Source: a virus
Taxonomy: Duplodnaviria; Caudoviricetes
IMG/VR virus record: IMGVR_UViG_3300025357_000008
Coordinates: 96,001 to 160,000 of that record
Length of the DNA: 64,000 bases
Strand: one strand, 5' to 3'
The position numbers were made by a program, and so were the translations under genes. Positions within the stretch are counted from its first letter, which is position 1. Each line of letters begins with the position of its first letter. Below the pieces are notes generated by a model, which ran no database searches, was not told where the DNA came from, and saw only the letters and a program-made list of their open reading frames with translations. This document shows positions 30,270-40,970 of the stretch, piece by piece.

Positions 30270-30910
30270 AACTAATCAAAGAAATTACAGAATCGGTAAA
30301 CTATATTACCGAAGAAAAAGATGGAAAGAAAACTCTATTCATCGAAGGTCCTTTTTTAGTTACTGAAAGAGAAAACAAGAATAAACGTCTGTATGAACAC
30401 GGTACAATGCTTAAAGAAGTTAAGCGTTATACTGAAGAGTACATCAATAAAAACCGTGCATACGGTGAATTAGGTCATCCAGACACACCTTCGATTAACT
30501 TAGACCGTGTATCACACATCATTACTTCTCTCAAAGAAGACGGTCATCAGTTTATCGGAAGAGCAAAAATACTTGATACCCCAATGGGACAGATTGCCAG
30601 AAACCTTATCGAAGGTGGTGGTCAACTAGGAGTCTCATCTCGTGGTATGGGTTCATTGAAGAATGTTAATGGAGTCAACATTGTTCAAGACGATTTTTAT
30701 CTAGCCACAGCGGCAGATATTGTAGCTGATCCATCAGCACCAGGTGCGTTTGTACAAGGTATAATGGAAGGCAAAGAGTGGATGTTAGTAGACGGTGTAT
30801 GGACAGAACGTCAATTAGAAGAATCTAAGAAGATGATTCGTCAAGCTACACCTAGAGAGATTGAAGCTGTCGGCTTGAAAATCTTTGAAAACTTCATCAA
30901 AAAATTATAA
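30266..30910 (+). CDS. gp21: prohead protease gp21
   Basis: GELGHP, GVSSRGMGS, DIVADPSAP. Confidence 0.96.
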   Translation: MKLIKEITESVNYITEEKDGKKTLFIEGPFLVTERENKNKRLYEHGTMLKEVKRYTEEYINKNRAYGELGHPDTPSINLDRVSHIITSLKEDGHQFIGRAKILDTPMGQIARNLIEGGGQLGVSSRGMGSLKNVNGVNIVQDDFYLATAADIVADPSAPGAFVQGIMEGKEWMLVDGVWTERQLEESKKMIRQATPREIEAVGLKIFENFIKKL

Positions 30911-30950
30911 AATATAAATATACCAATACGAATCATAGGAGATTTACAAA

Positions 30951-32159
30951 ATGGGAAAATTCAATCTGTCAGATGCCGCTAAAGCTATTTTGAACGAAGG
31001 CTCAAAAGAGACTTTAGAAGGTAACGTAAAACAAAAGATGGGTCAAAGAGGATCCGACAAGCACCCAAGCGGTGAAGTTGGAAAAGATGCCGTTAAGCCA
31101 AATATTGCTTACGGTTCTAAATCTGCTGGTATGGTAGGTCAATCACCAGAAGAAATGGATGATGCATTACCAGATTACTTAAAAGGCACACCAACAGCAA
31201 CAGCACCAGGTGCAACACCACCTGTAGGTTCAGAAAAAGACGGTGTTGGTTATTCTAAGCCAAAAGGTCAACCACAAGAAACAATGGGACGCAAAGACAT
31301 TATGGTACCTGCACAAGATACAGCTAATCAATACGATGCTATCCGTGACCGTGTTGCATCAAAATTAGCAAAACAAACAATGAAGCCAAATCCAGGTGCT
31401 ACATTCCAATCATATGGTGAAGGTATTGACCTTTCTGATGACGTAAATGCGTTGCTAGAAGGTGAATCTTTATCTGAAGAATTCAAATTAAAAGCAACAA
31501 CAATCTTTGAAGCCGCTGTTACATCACGCATCGAAGCAATTGTTGAAGAAGTTGAAGCAAGTTTAGTAGAACAATACGAAGCTGGTATCGAACAAATCAA
31601 AGAAGAACTAGCAGAAAAACTAGACCAGTATATTGATTACTTTGCAGAACAATACATGATTCAAAACGAATTGGCAATTGTTTCCGGTCTACGTGCAGAA
31701 ATTGCCGAAGACTTTATGACAAGCCTGCGTAACGTATTCATGGAACACAATATTGACATTCCAGAAGAGCAAGTTCAAGTTGTCGAAGAGTTGACAACAA
31801 GAGTTGAAGAACTAGAACAAGCCTTGGATGAAGAAGTCAAAAACGCTGTTGCTTTAAAGAGAGCACTAAGCGAACAAGTAAAAATTGAGGCTATCCACAC
31901 AGCTTGTGAAGGCCTAACTCAGACTCAGGAAGAAAAATTAAAATCACTCGCAGAGGGTGTTGAATTTACTACTGAAGAAGAATTTAATGCTAAACTAAAC
32001 GTTTTGAAAGAATCTTATTTCAAAGCAGACGTTAAAGTTGCAGAAAGTTCTATGCTGAACGAAGGTATTGAAATTGAAGAAGAGAAGAAACAAAACGTTT
32101 CAACAGATGATTCAATCAATCAATATGTCAGAACTATTTCACAAACTTTGGTAAAATAA
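30951..32159 (+). CDS. gp22: prohead core scaffold protein gp22
   Basis: LSEEFK.KATTIFEAAV, acidic coiled coil, LKESYF; late promoter at 30913. Confidence 0.92.
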   Translation: MGKFNLSDAAKAILNEGSKETLEGNVKQKMGQRGSDKHPSGEVGKDAVKPNIAYGSKSAGMVGQSPEEMDDALPDYLKGTPTATAPGATPPVGSEKDGVGYSKPKGQPQETMGRKDIMVPAQDTANQYDAIRDRVASKLAKQTMKPNPGATFQSYGEGIDLSDDVNALLEGESLSEEFKLKATTIFEAAVTSRIEAIVEEVEASLVEQYEAGIEQIKEELAEKLDQYIDYFAEQYMIQNELAIVSGLRAEIAEDFMTSLRNVFMEHNIDIPEEQVQVVEELTTRVEELEQALDEEVKNAVALKRALSEQVKIEAIHTACEGLTQTQEEKLKSLAEGVEFTTEEEFNAKLNVLKESYFKADVKVAESSMLNEGIEIEEEKKQNVSTDDSINQYVRTISQTLVK

Positions 32160-32202
32160 TAAATAAACTACCAATACAAGATACTAATAAGGAGAACAAC
32201 TA

Positions 32203-33567
32203 ATGTATCTATCCGAAGAACTACAAAAGAAATGGCAACCAGTTCTGGAGCACCCAGAATTAGAAGCAATTAAAGACCCATACAAGAGAGCAGTTACATC
32301 TGTTATTCTTGAGAACCAACATCAAGCGATGCAAAAAGACCGTCAGGCTTTGCATGAGACTACAGATACTGGTCCTACAAACGTTACTGGTGGCGTTCAG
32401 AACTTTGACCCAATCTTAATCAGCTTGGTTCGCCGTTCATTACCAAACTTGATTGCATATGACATTGCTGGTGTACAGCCAATGACAGGTCCAACAGGTT
32501 TGATTTTCGCAATGCGTGCCCGTTATACAGGCCAAGGTACTGGTAATGCTGAAGCGTTCTATAACGAAGCAAACACAGTATTCACTGGTGCTAACACAGG
32601 TACTCAGTACAACGAATACGGATTCTCTGGTAACACAGCATCTGATACATCAAACAACTACTTCGCATCTACATTCGGTGCTCCAAATGGTGCAAACAAC
32701 TTCACAACTGGTATCGGTATTCAAACATCAATGGCTGAATACTTGGGTTCAGACTCTAATACTGCTTTCCAACAAATGGCATTCTCTATCGAGAAAGTTA
32801 CTGTTACAGCACAATCTAGAGCATTGAAAGCTGAGTACTCTTTAGAACTCGCACAAGACTTGAAAGCAATTCACGGTCTTGATGCAGAAACAGAATTGTC
32901 AAACATTCTGTCTACAGAGATTCTAGCTGAGATTAACCGTGAAGTTATCCGTACAATCTATTTGTCTGCCGTTCCTGGTGCACAATACGGTACAGTAACA
33001 AAAGGTTATTTCGACTTAGATACTGACTCAAACGGTCGTTGGTCTGTTGAGCGTTTCAAAGGTTTGATTTTCCAAGTTGAGCGTGATGCTAACGTTATTG
33101 CAAAGCAAACTCGTCGTGGTAAAGGTAACGTGATGATTGTATCATCTGACGTTGCTTCCGCTATGGCAATGGCTGGTGTATTGTCTTATACTCCTGCTCT
33201 ACAAGCTGACTTGCAAGTTGACGATACAGGTAACACATTCGCTGGATTGTTACATGGTCGTATCAAAGTTTACATCGACCCATACTTCGGTGGTTACCAA
33301 CAAAATATCGAATTGGCAACAATCGGTTACAAAGGTACATCACCATATGATGCAGGTCTATTCTACTGCCCATACGTACCGTTACAAATGGTTCGTGCAG
33401 TTGACCAGTTCACATTCCAACCAAAAATTGGATTCAAGACTCGTTACGGCATGGTAGCAAACCCATTTGCACAAGGTCTTAACACACCTGCAGGTAATAA
33501 CAACGGCTTGATTCAAGCTGGTACAAACGTTTACTACCGAATTTTCGGTGTTAAAAACTTGATGTAA
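32203..33567 (+). CDS. gp23: major capsid protein gp23
   Basis: GVQPMTGPTGLIFAMR, SRALKAEYS.ELAQDLKAIHGLDAE, FYCPYVPL, FQPKIGFKTRYG. Confidence 0.98.
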   Translation: MYLSEELQKKWQPVLEHPELEAIKDPYKRAVTSVILENQHQAMQKDRQALHETTDTGPTNVTGGVQNFDPILISLVRRSLPNLIAYDIAGVQPMTGPTGLIFAMRARYTGQGTGNAEAFYNEANTVFTGANTGTQYNEYGFSGNTASDTSNNYFASTFGAPNGANNFTTGIGIQTSMAEYLGSDSNTAFQQMAFSIEKVTVTAQSRALKAEYSLELAQDLKAIHGLDAETELSNILSTEILAEINREVIRTIYLSAVPGAQYGTVTKGYFDLDTDSNGRWSVERFKGLIFQVERDANVIAKQTRRGKGNVMIVSSDVASAMAMAGVLSYTPALQADLQVDDTGNTFAGLLHGRIKVYIDPYFGGYQQNIELATIGYKGTSPYDAGLFYCPYVPLQMVRAVDQFTFQPKIGFKTRYGMVANPFAQGLNTPAGNNNGLIQAGTNVYYRIFGVKNLM

Positions 33568-33594
33568 TCAAGAAGCCAACGAAGATTGGCATTT

Positions 33595-33622
33595 AAAAGG
33601 GATCTTCGGATCCCTTTTTTTT
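33595..33622 (+). terminator. intrinsic terminator after g23
   Basis: AAAAGGGATC-TTCG-GATCCCTTTT plus a further T run. Confidence 0.9.
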
Positions 33623-33639
33623 GCTTTATAAATACCCCT

Positions 33640-34143
33640 ATGACAGCACTAAACAGAAACCCACAGAATACGAATCTATTACAACCTACAAAGTTCTTGT
33701 TGAACTTTACTAAGATTGATTCGGTACAATACTTTTGTCAAGGTATCAATTTACCTGGCATTACTCTTTCAGGTCCGGCTCAACAGTCAACACCATTTCA
33801 ATCTATACCGAAAGCTGGTGACGTATTAACGTATAATCCTTTAAGTGTTACGTTTACAGTTGACGAAGATTTAAAAACAATTCAAGCAATACAAAACTGG
33901 CTCAAAGGTATTGCAAACCCATCAGGATTTTCAGGTAGAAATAAAGACTACAAAGATAACTATTCTGATGCTATTCTTACCATTCTTACTGGTTTAAACA
34001 ATACCAATTTAAGAATTCAATTTATAAATTTATTTCCGACAGACATATCAGACATCGAGTTTGATACCAAAGATTCGGCAGATAATATCATTGTCGCAAC
34101 GGCAACCTTTATATATGAATATTATAACATATTGACAAATTAA
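33640..34143 (+). CDS. gp3: tail completion/tube terminator protein gp3 (start moved to ATG 33640)
   Basis: NLLQPTKF, YFCQ.INLPGI, F.VDEDL, SDA.L.IL; late promoter at 33627. Confidence 0.85.
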   Translation: MTALNRNPQNTNLLQPTKFLLNFTKIDSVQYFCQGINLPGITLSGPAQQSTPFQSIPKAGDVLTYNPLSVTFTVDEDLKTIQAIQNWLKGIANPSGFSGRNKDYKDNYSDAILTILTGLNNTNLRIQFINLFPTDISDIEFDTKDSADNIIVATATFIYEYYNILTN

Positions 34144-34160
34144 TCGTTTTATGTTATACT
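34132..34160 (+). promoter_or_regulatory. sigma70-type promoter for uvsY-uvsW
   Basis: TTGACA-17-TATACT with extended TG. Confidence 0.75.
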
Positions 34161-34184
34161 GAAATTTTGTAATTGGATTTTGAT

Positions 34185-34619
34185 ATGGAAAAACTTGATA
34201 ACATTTTGAAAATGTGGGAGAATGATTCAGCAGTCGATAAGACAGAACCTAGTTCTGAACTTACCAGAGTGCCACAGCTTCATAGCAAATACCTAAATAT
34301 ACTAACATCACACAAGATAGCCGCAAAGAAGGCTTTCTTCGACCTTCAACGTATGAAGAAGGTGAAGTGGGAATACTATACCGGAAAGATGGACAAAGAA
34401 ACATTAGACCAGTATGGGTGGGAACCGTTCCAGTTTACATTAAAATCTGATGTAAGCACTTATATGGAAGCGGATGAAGATATGATTAGACTTAACGAGA
34501 AAAAAGTATACCACGATGAGGTGGTTTCTGTAGTTGAGTATATTATGAATGAATTGAAGTCTAGGACGTTTCAACTTAGAGACATTATATCGTGGGAGAA
34601 ATTTATTGGAGGACAATGA
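34185..34619 (+). CDS. uvsY: recombination mediator UvsY
   Basis: W..DS..D, LHSKYL, EYYTGK, I.WEKF..G. Confidence 0.9.
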   Translation: MEKLDNILKMWENDSAVDKTEPSSELTRVPQLHSKYLNILTSHKIAAKKAFFDLQRMKKVKWEYYTGKMDKETLDQYGWEPFQFTLKSDVSTYMEADEDMIRLNEKKVYHDEVVSVVEYIMNELKSRTFQLRDIISWEKFIGGQ

Positions 34620-36118
34620 GTGACTTAGTAATCTACAAGAAGAATGAAGCATTTCTTCAAATTAAATGTGAGCAACATATTGCAAAAGAACTATCTGATT
34701 ATTTTACGTTCTTTGTGCCAGGTCACAAGTTTACTCCAGCCTTTAGAAATAAAATATGGGACGGTAAGATACGTCTTTTTGATTTAAGAAACAATTCTCT
34801 ATATCTTGGTTTACTAGATTACGTTAAAGAATTCTGTAATGCTAGAGAATACACAATAGAATATACTGAACCATCGGTAGATGTAGAAGATGAGTTCAGC
34901 AGATATCATGCAGAGAAGTTTGTAGATAGTTTAAAGCTACAGTCTCAAAGTAAAGATATTCTTACTCACGACCATCAATTAGATGCGTTTATTAACGTTA
35001 TGCAGAGGCGTAGAGCACTTTTATTGTCTCCTACAGCATCAGGTAAGTCTTTAATCATTTATCTCTTTATACGTCAGTTCCTTGAGTTTCAAGGACTCAA
35101 AGGACTCATTCTAGTACCGACAACATCTTTGGTAGAACAATTACATTCAGACTTTGAAGATTATTCTACCAATAACGGCTTTAACACGGAAAAAAATACT
35201 CAGAAAATCTATTCCGGTCAAGAAAAGAACTACGATAAACCTATTACAATATCTACATGGCAATCAATGCAACGGATGCCGGATGAATTCTTTCATCAAT
35301 TTGATTTTGTAATTGGTGACGAAGCACATCTTTTTAAAGCAAAAGAACTCACTAGAATTCTTGCCGCTTGTATCAATACAAAATATAGGATAGGATTAAC
35401 CGGAACGCTGGATGGAACTAAAACACACAAACTGGTATTAGAAGGTTTGTTTGGTTCTGTCAAGAAAGTTATTTCAACAAAAGAACTTATTGATAAAGGT
35501 ATACTATCCGGATTTGAAGTCAAATGCTTGGTGTTAAAACATTCACCTGAGATTTGTGCAGAAATGAAAGATGCTACATATCAAGAAGAATTGCAATATC
35601 TTATACTGAATGAACAACGAAATAAGTTTATTAAAAATCTTGCGGTAAGCATGAAGACAAACACGTTGGTTCTCTATCAAATGGTTGACAAACACGGCAA
35701 AATACTGTATAATATGATTAAGGATACAGAGAAGATTGGCGATAGAAAAGTCTTCTTTGTTTCGGGTGGAACAGAAACAAGTGAACGTGAAGAAATTCGT
35801 AAAATTGTAGAGAAAGAAAATGATGCTATTATTGTGGCTAGTTTTGGGACTTTTAGTACTGGAATTAATATTCGCAACCTGCATAATATTATATTCGCAT
35901 CTCCATCAAAGTCACGAGTTAGAAATCTTCAGTCTATTGGACGAGGTCTTCGGAAATCGACTGGTAAAGAAATAGCAACTCTTTATGATATTGCTGATGA
36001 CCTTAGACATAAAAAACATACTAATCATACCTTAAATCATTTCATGGAACGGGTTGATATATATAATGAAGAGAAGTTCCCTTTTAAAATCTACAACATA
36101 GGACTTAAAAATGGATAA
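34616..36118 (+). CDS. uvsW: DNA helicase UvsW
   Basis: SPTASGKS, DEAH, GLTGT, LQSIGRGLR; ATGA overlap with uvsY. Confidence 0.95.
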   Translation: MSDLVIYKKNEAFLQIKCEQHIAKELSDYFTFFVPGHKFTPAFRNKIWDGKIRLFDLRNNSLYLGLLDYVKEFCNAREYTIEYTEPSVDVEDEFSRYHAEKFVDSLKLQSQSKDILTHDHQLDAFINVMQRRRALLLSPTASGKSLIIYLFIRQFLEFQGLKGLILVPTTSLVEQLHSDFEDYSTNNGFNTEKNTQKIYSGQEKNYDKPITISTWQSMQRMPDEFFHQFDFVIGDEAHLFKAKELTRILAACINTKYRIGLTGTLDGTKTHKLVLEGLFGSVKKVISTKELIDKGILSGFEVKCLVLKHSPEICAEMKDATYQEELQYLILNEQRNKFIKNLAVSMKTNTLVLYQMVDKHGKILYNMIKDTEKIGDRKVFFVSGGTETSEREEIRKIVEKENDAIIVASFGTFSTGINIRNLHNIIFASPSKSRVRNLQSIGRGLRKSTGKEIATLYDIADDLRHKKHTNHTLNHFMERVDIYNEEKFPFKIYNIGLKNG

Positions 36119-36500
36119 TAGCAACGTAAGGATAGTCAGACTCAAAAGCGGTGAAGACATTCTTTGTAATCTTCTTATTAATGAAGACAAGGTTCTTGTC
36201 AATTTGATGGAACCCATGTTACTTGAATATGAAACTTATGGTGATAGTCAACATCTTTGTATTTCAAATTGGCTTCCGGTAGCATTAGTTAAAGAAAACA
36301 AATCGGTAATACCTGTTACTGAAGTTCTTTGTGTGATGCATCCGAATGAGGAATTGATTGAATACTATAACGATACTCTTGATAAAATGAATTCTGCTTT
36401 GGTAGTTAAGCCAATGGAAGATTTAAATGAAGAAGAGATGGCTCAAATGATGGAAGTTATGGAGGAAATAAAGACTACTAAAGGATTGGTAATGCATTAA
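36111..36500 (+). CDS. conserved T4-like hypothetical protein (Sm-like pattern)
   Basis: IVRLKSGEDILC motif. Confidence 0.65.
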   Translation: MDNSNVRIVRLKSGEDILCNLLINEDKVLVNLMEPMLLEYETYGDSQHLCISNWLPVALVKENKSVIPVTEVLCVMHPNEELIEYYNDTLDKMNSALVVKPMEDLNEEEMAQMMEVMEEIKTTKGLVMH

Positions 36501-36529
36501 TTAATCAATCTCTAACAGTCTACATAGCC

Positions 36530-36558
36530 AGTGTATCATTTGTCAAGCACTTTGTCAA
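36530..36558 (-). promoter_or_regulatory. leftward sigma70-type promoter upstream of g55
   Basis: Minus strand TTGACA(36558-36553)-17-TACACT(36535-36530) with extended TG. Confidence 0.6.
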
Positions 36559-36579
36559 TACTTTTTACGGTAAACTTGA

Positions 36580-37125
36580 ATGAAAAAACCAAAGGAATAT
36601 GTTAATAATGCAGATTTTACTCAAGCATTAATTGATTATAAAATAGCATCGGAAGAGGCGAAACGTCTCGGCAAGCCTAAACCAAAGATCCCGAATTACA
36701 TCGGTGAATGTTGGATGAAGATTGCCGAGAATTTCTCACACAAACCTAACTTTATTAATTACCCACATCGGGAAGAAATGGTATCAGACGGTATAGAAAA
36801 CTGTCTAATGTATTTCGAAAACTTTGATCCCAACAAATCTAAAAACCCATTTGCTTACTTCTCTCAAGTAGTATTCTTTGCGTTCTTACGTAGAATAGAA
36901 AAAGAGAAGAAACAGCTATACGTCAAATACAAATCTACAGAAATGCTTGGTGTCTTAGATGAACACGAGCAAAATGACTTTGAAGACGGTACTTCAAGGC
37001 AGTTTCAACTGTATGACAACATTGGCGAATTCATTTCTAATTACGAAAAATCTAAAAAGACTAAACTTGCCAAAACTAAAAAGAAAGCAAAAGGTCTTGA
37101 AAAATATATTAAGGAGACGGTATGA
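36580..37125 (+). CDS. gp55: late-transcription sigma factor gp55
   Basis: YVNN..F, YIGEC..KIA, NF.NY, DGIENC, NPFAYF, AFLRRIEKEKKQ. Confidence 0.95.
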   Translation: MKKPKEYVNNADFTQALIDYKIASEEAKRLGKPKPKIPNYIGECWMKIAENFSHKPNFINYPHREEMVSDGIENCLMYFENFDPNKSKNPFAYFSQVVFFAFLRRIEKEKKQLYVKYKSTEMLGVLDEHEQNDFEDGTSRQFQLYDNIGEFISNYEKSKKTKLAKTKKKAKGLEKYIKETV

Positions 37126-37562
37126 TTGATTACAACGGTTTAAAAATAGGCTTCACATGTTCTTGTTTTGATTTGTTTCATGCCGGACATGTAATGATGT
37201 TGAAAGAGGCGAGAACACAATGCGACTATTTAATTGTAGGTCTACAATCTGACCCTACCATTGATAGACCAGAAAAGAATAAACCGGTACAAACATTACT
37301 AGAACGATATATTCAACTTGAAGGTTGCAAGTACGTAGATGAAATAGTTCCCTATTCCACCGAAAAAGAGTTGATGGACATCTTGACAAGTTACCCAATT
37401 GATGTTAGAATAATAGGAGAAGAGTACAGGGACAAGCAATTTACTGGGTTTAACCTATCAATGTCTGTGTACTTTAATTCAAGACAACACAGTTTCAGTA
37501 CAACAGAACTAAGACAACGTGTATTAACAGCAAACACAAAAAACATTACACCACCTAAATGA
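37122..37562 (+). CDS. cytidylyltransferase (TagD-like)
   Basis: FDLFHAGH (HxGH), CDYLIVGL, YVDEI, RQHSFSTT. Confidence 0.88.
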   Translation: MIDYNGLKIGFTCSCFDLFHAGHVMMLKEARTQCDYLIVGLQSDPTIDRPEKNKPVQTLLERYIQLEGCKYVDEIVPYSTEKELMDILTSYPIDVRIIGEEYRDKQFTGFNLSMSVYFNSRQHSFSTTELRQRVLTANTKNITPPK

Positions 37563-38632
37563 AAGTTGCGATAATAACGGACCAGCATTTCGGCGTAAGA
37601 AATGACTCCCCACAATTTTTGGATTACTATGAGAAGTTTTATAAGGATACTTTTTTTCCTACTCTTGATAATGAGCATATATCTACTGTTCTCATACTTG
37701 GGGATACGTTTGACAGGCGTAAATATGTCAACTTTAATACATTAAAACGTGCTAAAGAGATGTTTTTTGATGAACTTGAGCGTAGAAATATACAAATTCA
37801 TATGATTGTCGGTAACCATGATACGTTTTTTAAGAACACAAATGATGTGAATTCAGTTGATTTGTTATTAGAGAACTATAAAAATATTACCATTATCGAA
37901 AACGCTAAGACGATTGATATAGATGGTTTTGAAGTTTGTATGTTGCCGTGGATTTGTGCAGAAAATTATACTGATAGTATAAACGAAATTAAAAATACAA
38001 AGGCAACTATCTGCATGGGTCATTTAGAGATTGCCGGATTTGCAATGTATCGAGGTATGCATACAGATGAAGGTTTGGATCGTGAACTATTTAATAAGTT
38101 TGAGTATACTTTCTCAGGTCACTATCATCATAAACATAATTTTGGCAACATTTATTATTTGGGTAATCCTTATGAACTCACTTGGCAAGACTATGCCGAT
38201 CCTCGTGGGTTTCATATATTCGATTTTGGTACTCTTGATGTACCGACTTTCATACAAAACCCAAACAGTATGTTTCACAAAATCATGTATGACGATAAAG
38301 CAGAATCAGTTATTGACATAAATGCCAAAGACTTATCAAAGTATACAGATACACATGTGAAAGTGGTAGTTGTAAACAAGACTAACCCTTACTTATTTGA
38401 GAAGTTTGTAAATCGTTTGTACCAGATTAATCCTGCCGATGTTACGATTGCCGAAGATTTTTCGGAGTTGACAGAAGAGTTAAATTCTGATACAATAGAC
38501 CAAGCAGACGATACTTTGTCAATCCTAAATAAGTATGTCGATACTATCAAAGAAGACCATATTGACAACAGTAAACTCAAAAACATTTTCAAAGAATTAT
38601 ACGTAGAAGCATTGAACCCTGATACAGAATGA
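37559..38632 (+). CDS. gp47: recombination endonuclease gp47 (Mre11-like)
   Basis: TDQHFG, GDTFDRRK, GNHD, SGHYH. Confidence 0.95.
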   Translation: MKVAIITDQHFGVRNDSPQFLDYYEKFYKDTFFPTLDNEHISTVLILGDTFDRRKYVNFNTLKRAKEMFFDELERRNIQIHMIVGNHDTFFKNTNDVNSVDLLLENYKNITIIENAKTIDIDGFEVCMLPWICAENYTDSINEIKNTKATICMGHLEIAGFAMYRGMHTDEGLDRELFNKFEYTFSGHYHHKHNFGNIYYLGNPYELTWQDYADPRGFHIFDFGTLDVPTFIQNPNSMFHKIMYDDKAESVIDINAKDLSKYTDTHVKVVVVNKTNPYLFEKFVNRLYQINPADVTIAEDFSELTEELNSDTIDQADDTLSILNKYVDTIKEDHIDNSKLKNIFKELYVEALNPDTE

Positions 38633-40341
38633 TATTATTTAAAAAGATTCGATGGAAGAATTTTCTATCCACCGGAGCGCATTTTACTGAGATTGACTTT
38701 ACAAAATCTACGAACACATTAATTGTGGGGCATAACGGTGCCGGTAAGTCAACTATATTAGATGCGTTGTGTTTCGTTTTGTTTAATAAGCCTTATCGCA
38801 AGATAAACAAGACACAGATACCGAACTCTATTAACAATTCAGATTGTCTTGTTGAAATTGAGTTTGATATTGGCACAAAGAAGTATAAAGTTATAAGAGG
38901 TATCAAACCTAATACGTTTGAAATCTATTGTAACGGTGTTTTAGTGAACCAGGATGCGAAAGCAAAAGACTATCAGGAACATTTAGAGAAGTTTATTCTC
39001 AAACTAAATTATAAGTCCTTTACGCAAGTAGTCATCCTTGGTTCCGCCTCTTTTGTTCCGTTCATGCAGTTAGAAACTAAGGACCGCAGAACAATTATTG
39101 AGGACTTATTAGACATTGAAATTTTCTCTGAGATGAATGTTATTCTTGCCGATAAGTTAAAGATTGTTAAGAGTAATCTAATACAGAACACAAGCGATAG
39201 AAAACTCAAAGCAGAATTGATTAAGACTAATGAAAGTTTTATTGAACAACAGAAACAGTCACATGCAGAAGAGATTGAAACAAAAAGAAACGAAATCAAA
39301 GAATCATCCGGTGTTATTGAGAAGTTACAATCTGACATTAAACTTATTAATAAACACATTGAGGTTTTACAATCTAAAATACAAGACAAAGAATCAGTTG
39401 AAGCAAAGACAAAGAAACTTTTTCAGCTTGAAGCGAAGATTGAGTCTAATATAAAGAAAGTTAAAAAGGATATTGAGTTCTATGAAAAAAATGACCATTG
39501 CCCAACCTGTAGACAATCAATCGAACCAGGATTCAAAACAGACCAAGTTACCGAACGTCAAAGCAAAGTCGATGTTCAACAAAAGGGTCTTGAAGAAATT
39601 ACAGAGGAAATTAACAAGCGAAACGAACGATTAACAGAAATATCTGCAATAGTTAAACATATCAACGCACATAATAATGAAGTTATTACACATAACTCAA
39701 CAATATCTGCCACACAAAGATATGTTTCAAAATTATTAAAAGAAATTGACGAACTATCAATCAAACGAGACACTCTTGCAGAAGAGACCGGTATAAAGAC
39801 ATTGAGAGTTGAGTTGGAGTCCTTGCAGTCAGACCATGAAGAACTTCATAAGACGAAACAGTATTATGACTTTGCCGCCACGCTATTGAAAGATACTGGT
39901 ATCAAGACTAAGATAGTTCGTCAATATTTGCCAATTATGAACAAGTTAATCAATAAGTATCTGACTGCAATGGACTTTTTTGTTAACTTTAATATAAACG
40001 AGAACTTTGAGGAGACAATTAAATCGAGACATCGTGATGAATTTAGCTATTCTAATTTCTCAGAAGGTGAAAAACTTAGAATTGATTTGGCATTATTATT
40101 TACCTGGCGTGAGATTGCTAGAATGAAGAACTCTACTAATACGAATCTATTAATATTAGATGAAGTATTTGATTCTAGTCTTGACATTGCCGGTACGGAA
40201 GAGTTTATGAAATTACTCAATCAACTTGGTACTGATACTAATTTGTTTGTGATTTCACATAAGGGCGACCAGCTATTTGATAAGTTTAGGTCGGTGATTA
40301 AATTTGAGAAGAAAACAAACTTTAGTAGGATTGTAAAATGA
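38629..40341 (+). CDS. gp46: recombination ATPase gp46 (Rad50-like)
   Basis: GHNGAGKST, CPTC hook, FSEGEK, LDEVFDSSLD. Confidence 0.96.
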   Translation: MILFKKIRWKNFLSTGAHFTEIDFTKSTNTLIVGHNGAGKSTILDALCFVLFNKPYRKINKTQIPNSINNSDCLVEIEFDIGTKKYKVIRGIKPNTFEIYCNGVLVNQDAKAKDYQEHLEKFILKLNYKSFTQVVILGSASFVPFMQLETKDRRTIIEDLLDIEIFSEMNVILADKLKIVKSNLIQNTSDRKLKAELIKTNESFIEQQKQSHAEEIETKRNEIKESSGVIEKLQSDIKLINKHIEVLQSKIQDKESVEAKTKKLFQLEAKIESNIKKVKKDIEFYEKNDHCPTCRQSIEPGFKTDQVTERQSKVDVQQKGLEEITEEINKRNERLTEISAIVKHINAHNNEVITHNSTISATQRYVSKLLKEIDELSIKRDTLAEETGIKTLRVELESLQSDHEELHKTKQYYDFAATLLKDTGIKTKIVRQYLPIMNKLINKYLTAMDFFVNFNINENFEETIKSRHRDEFSYSNFSEGEKLRIDLALLFTWREIARMKNSTNTNLLILDEVFDSSLDIAGTEEFMKLLNQLGTDTNLFVISHKGDQLFDKFRSVIKFEKKTNFSRIVK

Positions 40342-40970
40342 GTGAATTTAAATTAGTCATTGAAGATGATAAAAAGACTTCAACAAAAAAGGTAGCTGAT
40401 GACGTAATCAGTTTTGATACGAGCAAGGCACTAGAACTACCAAAAGTAAGAAGAACGGCACCTTTAGTTCCTGAATATCATCCAGTTTTAAGTGAAGTTC
40501 TACCTGAGTTTGATTTCAGTAAACCTCCTATGGATCCTACAGAACTTGCTTCAATACTTGTTGATACATGCATCGAAAATAAAGGCTACGGTCTATCTGC
40601 AAATCAAATAGGTATTAAACACCGAGTATTTGTTATGGGTGCAGGTGATGAATATGTTGCGTTCTTTAACCCTAAATTGATTGCAACTCGTGGTAGCGTT
40701 CATATGGAAGAAGCATGTTTATCGTTTCCGTTACTAATGTTGCATCTTACCAGACCGGCAGAAGTTGATGTTGAATACCAAGACTACACAGGAGAGGTAA
40801 AAACAGCAACATTTCACGGTATAAGTGCAAGATGTTTCTTACATGAGCTTGACCACATGAACGGAATAGTGTATACTAGCCTTGCAAAACCTTTAGCCTT
40901 GCAAAGCGGTTACAAGAAACGCATGAAACTTTTAGGTAAACTTGGGTATAAATTTAAGAAAAGAAAATAA
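40338..40970 (+). CDS. def: peptide deformylase
   Basis: GYGLSANQ, EEACLS, HELDH. Confidence 0.92.
   Translation: MSEFKLVIEDDKKTSTKKVADDVISFDTSKALELPKVRRTAPLVPEYHPVLSEVLPEFDFSKPPMDPTELASILVDTCIENKGYGLSANQIGIKHRVFVMGAGDEYVAFFNPKLIATRGSVHMEEACLSFPLLMLHLTRPAEVDVEYQDYTGEVKTATFHGISARCFLHELDHMNGIVYTSLAKPLALQSGYKKRMKLLGKLGYKFKKRK

Noticed and set aside
33586-33639. N-terminal extension of gp3 in the ORF track
   Set aside because: It spans the g23 terminator and the late promoter; ATG 33640 is the plausible start.
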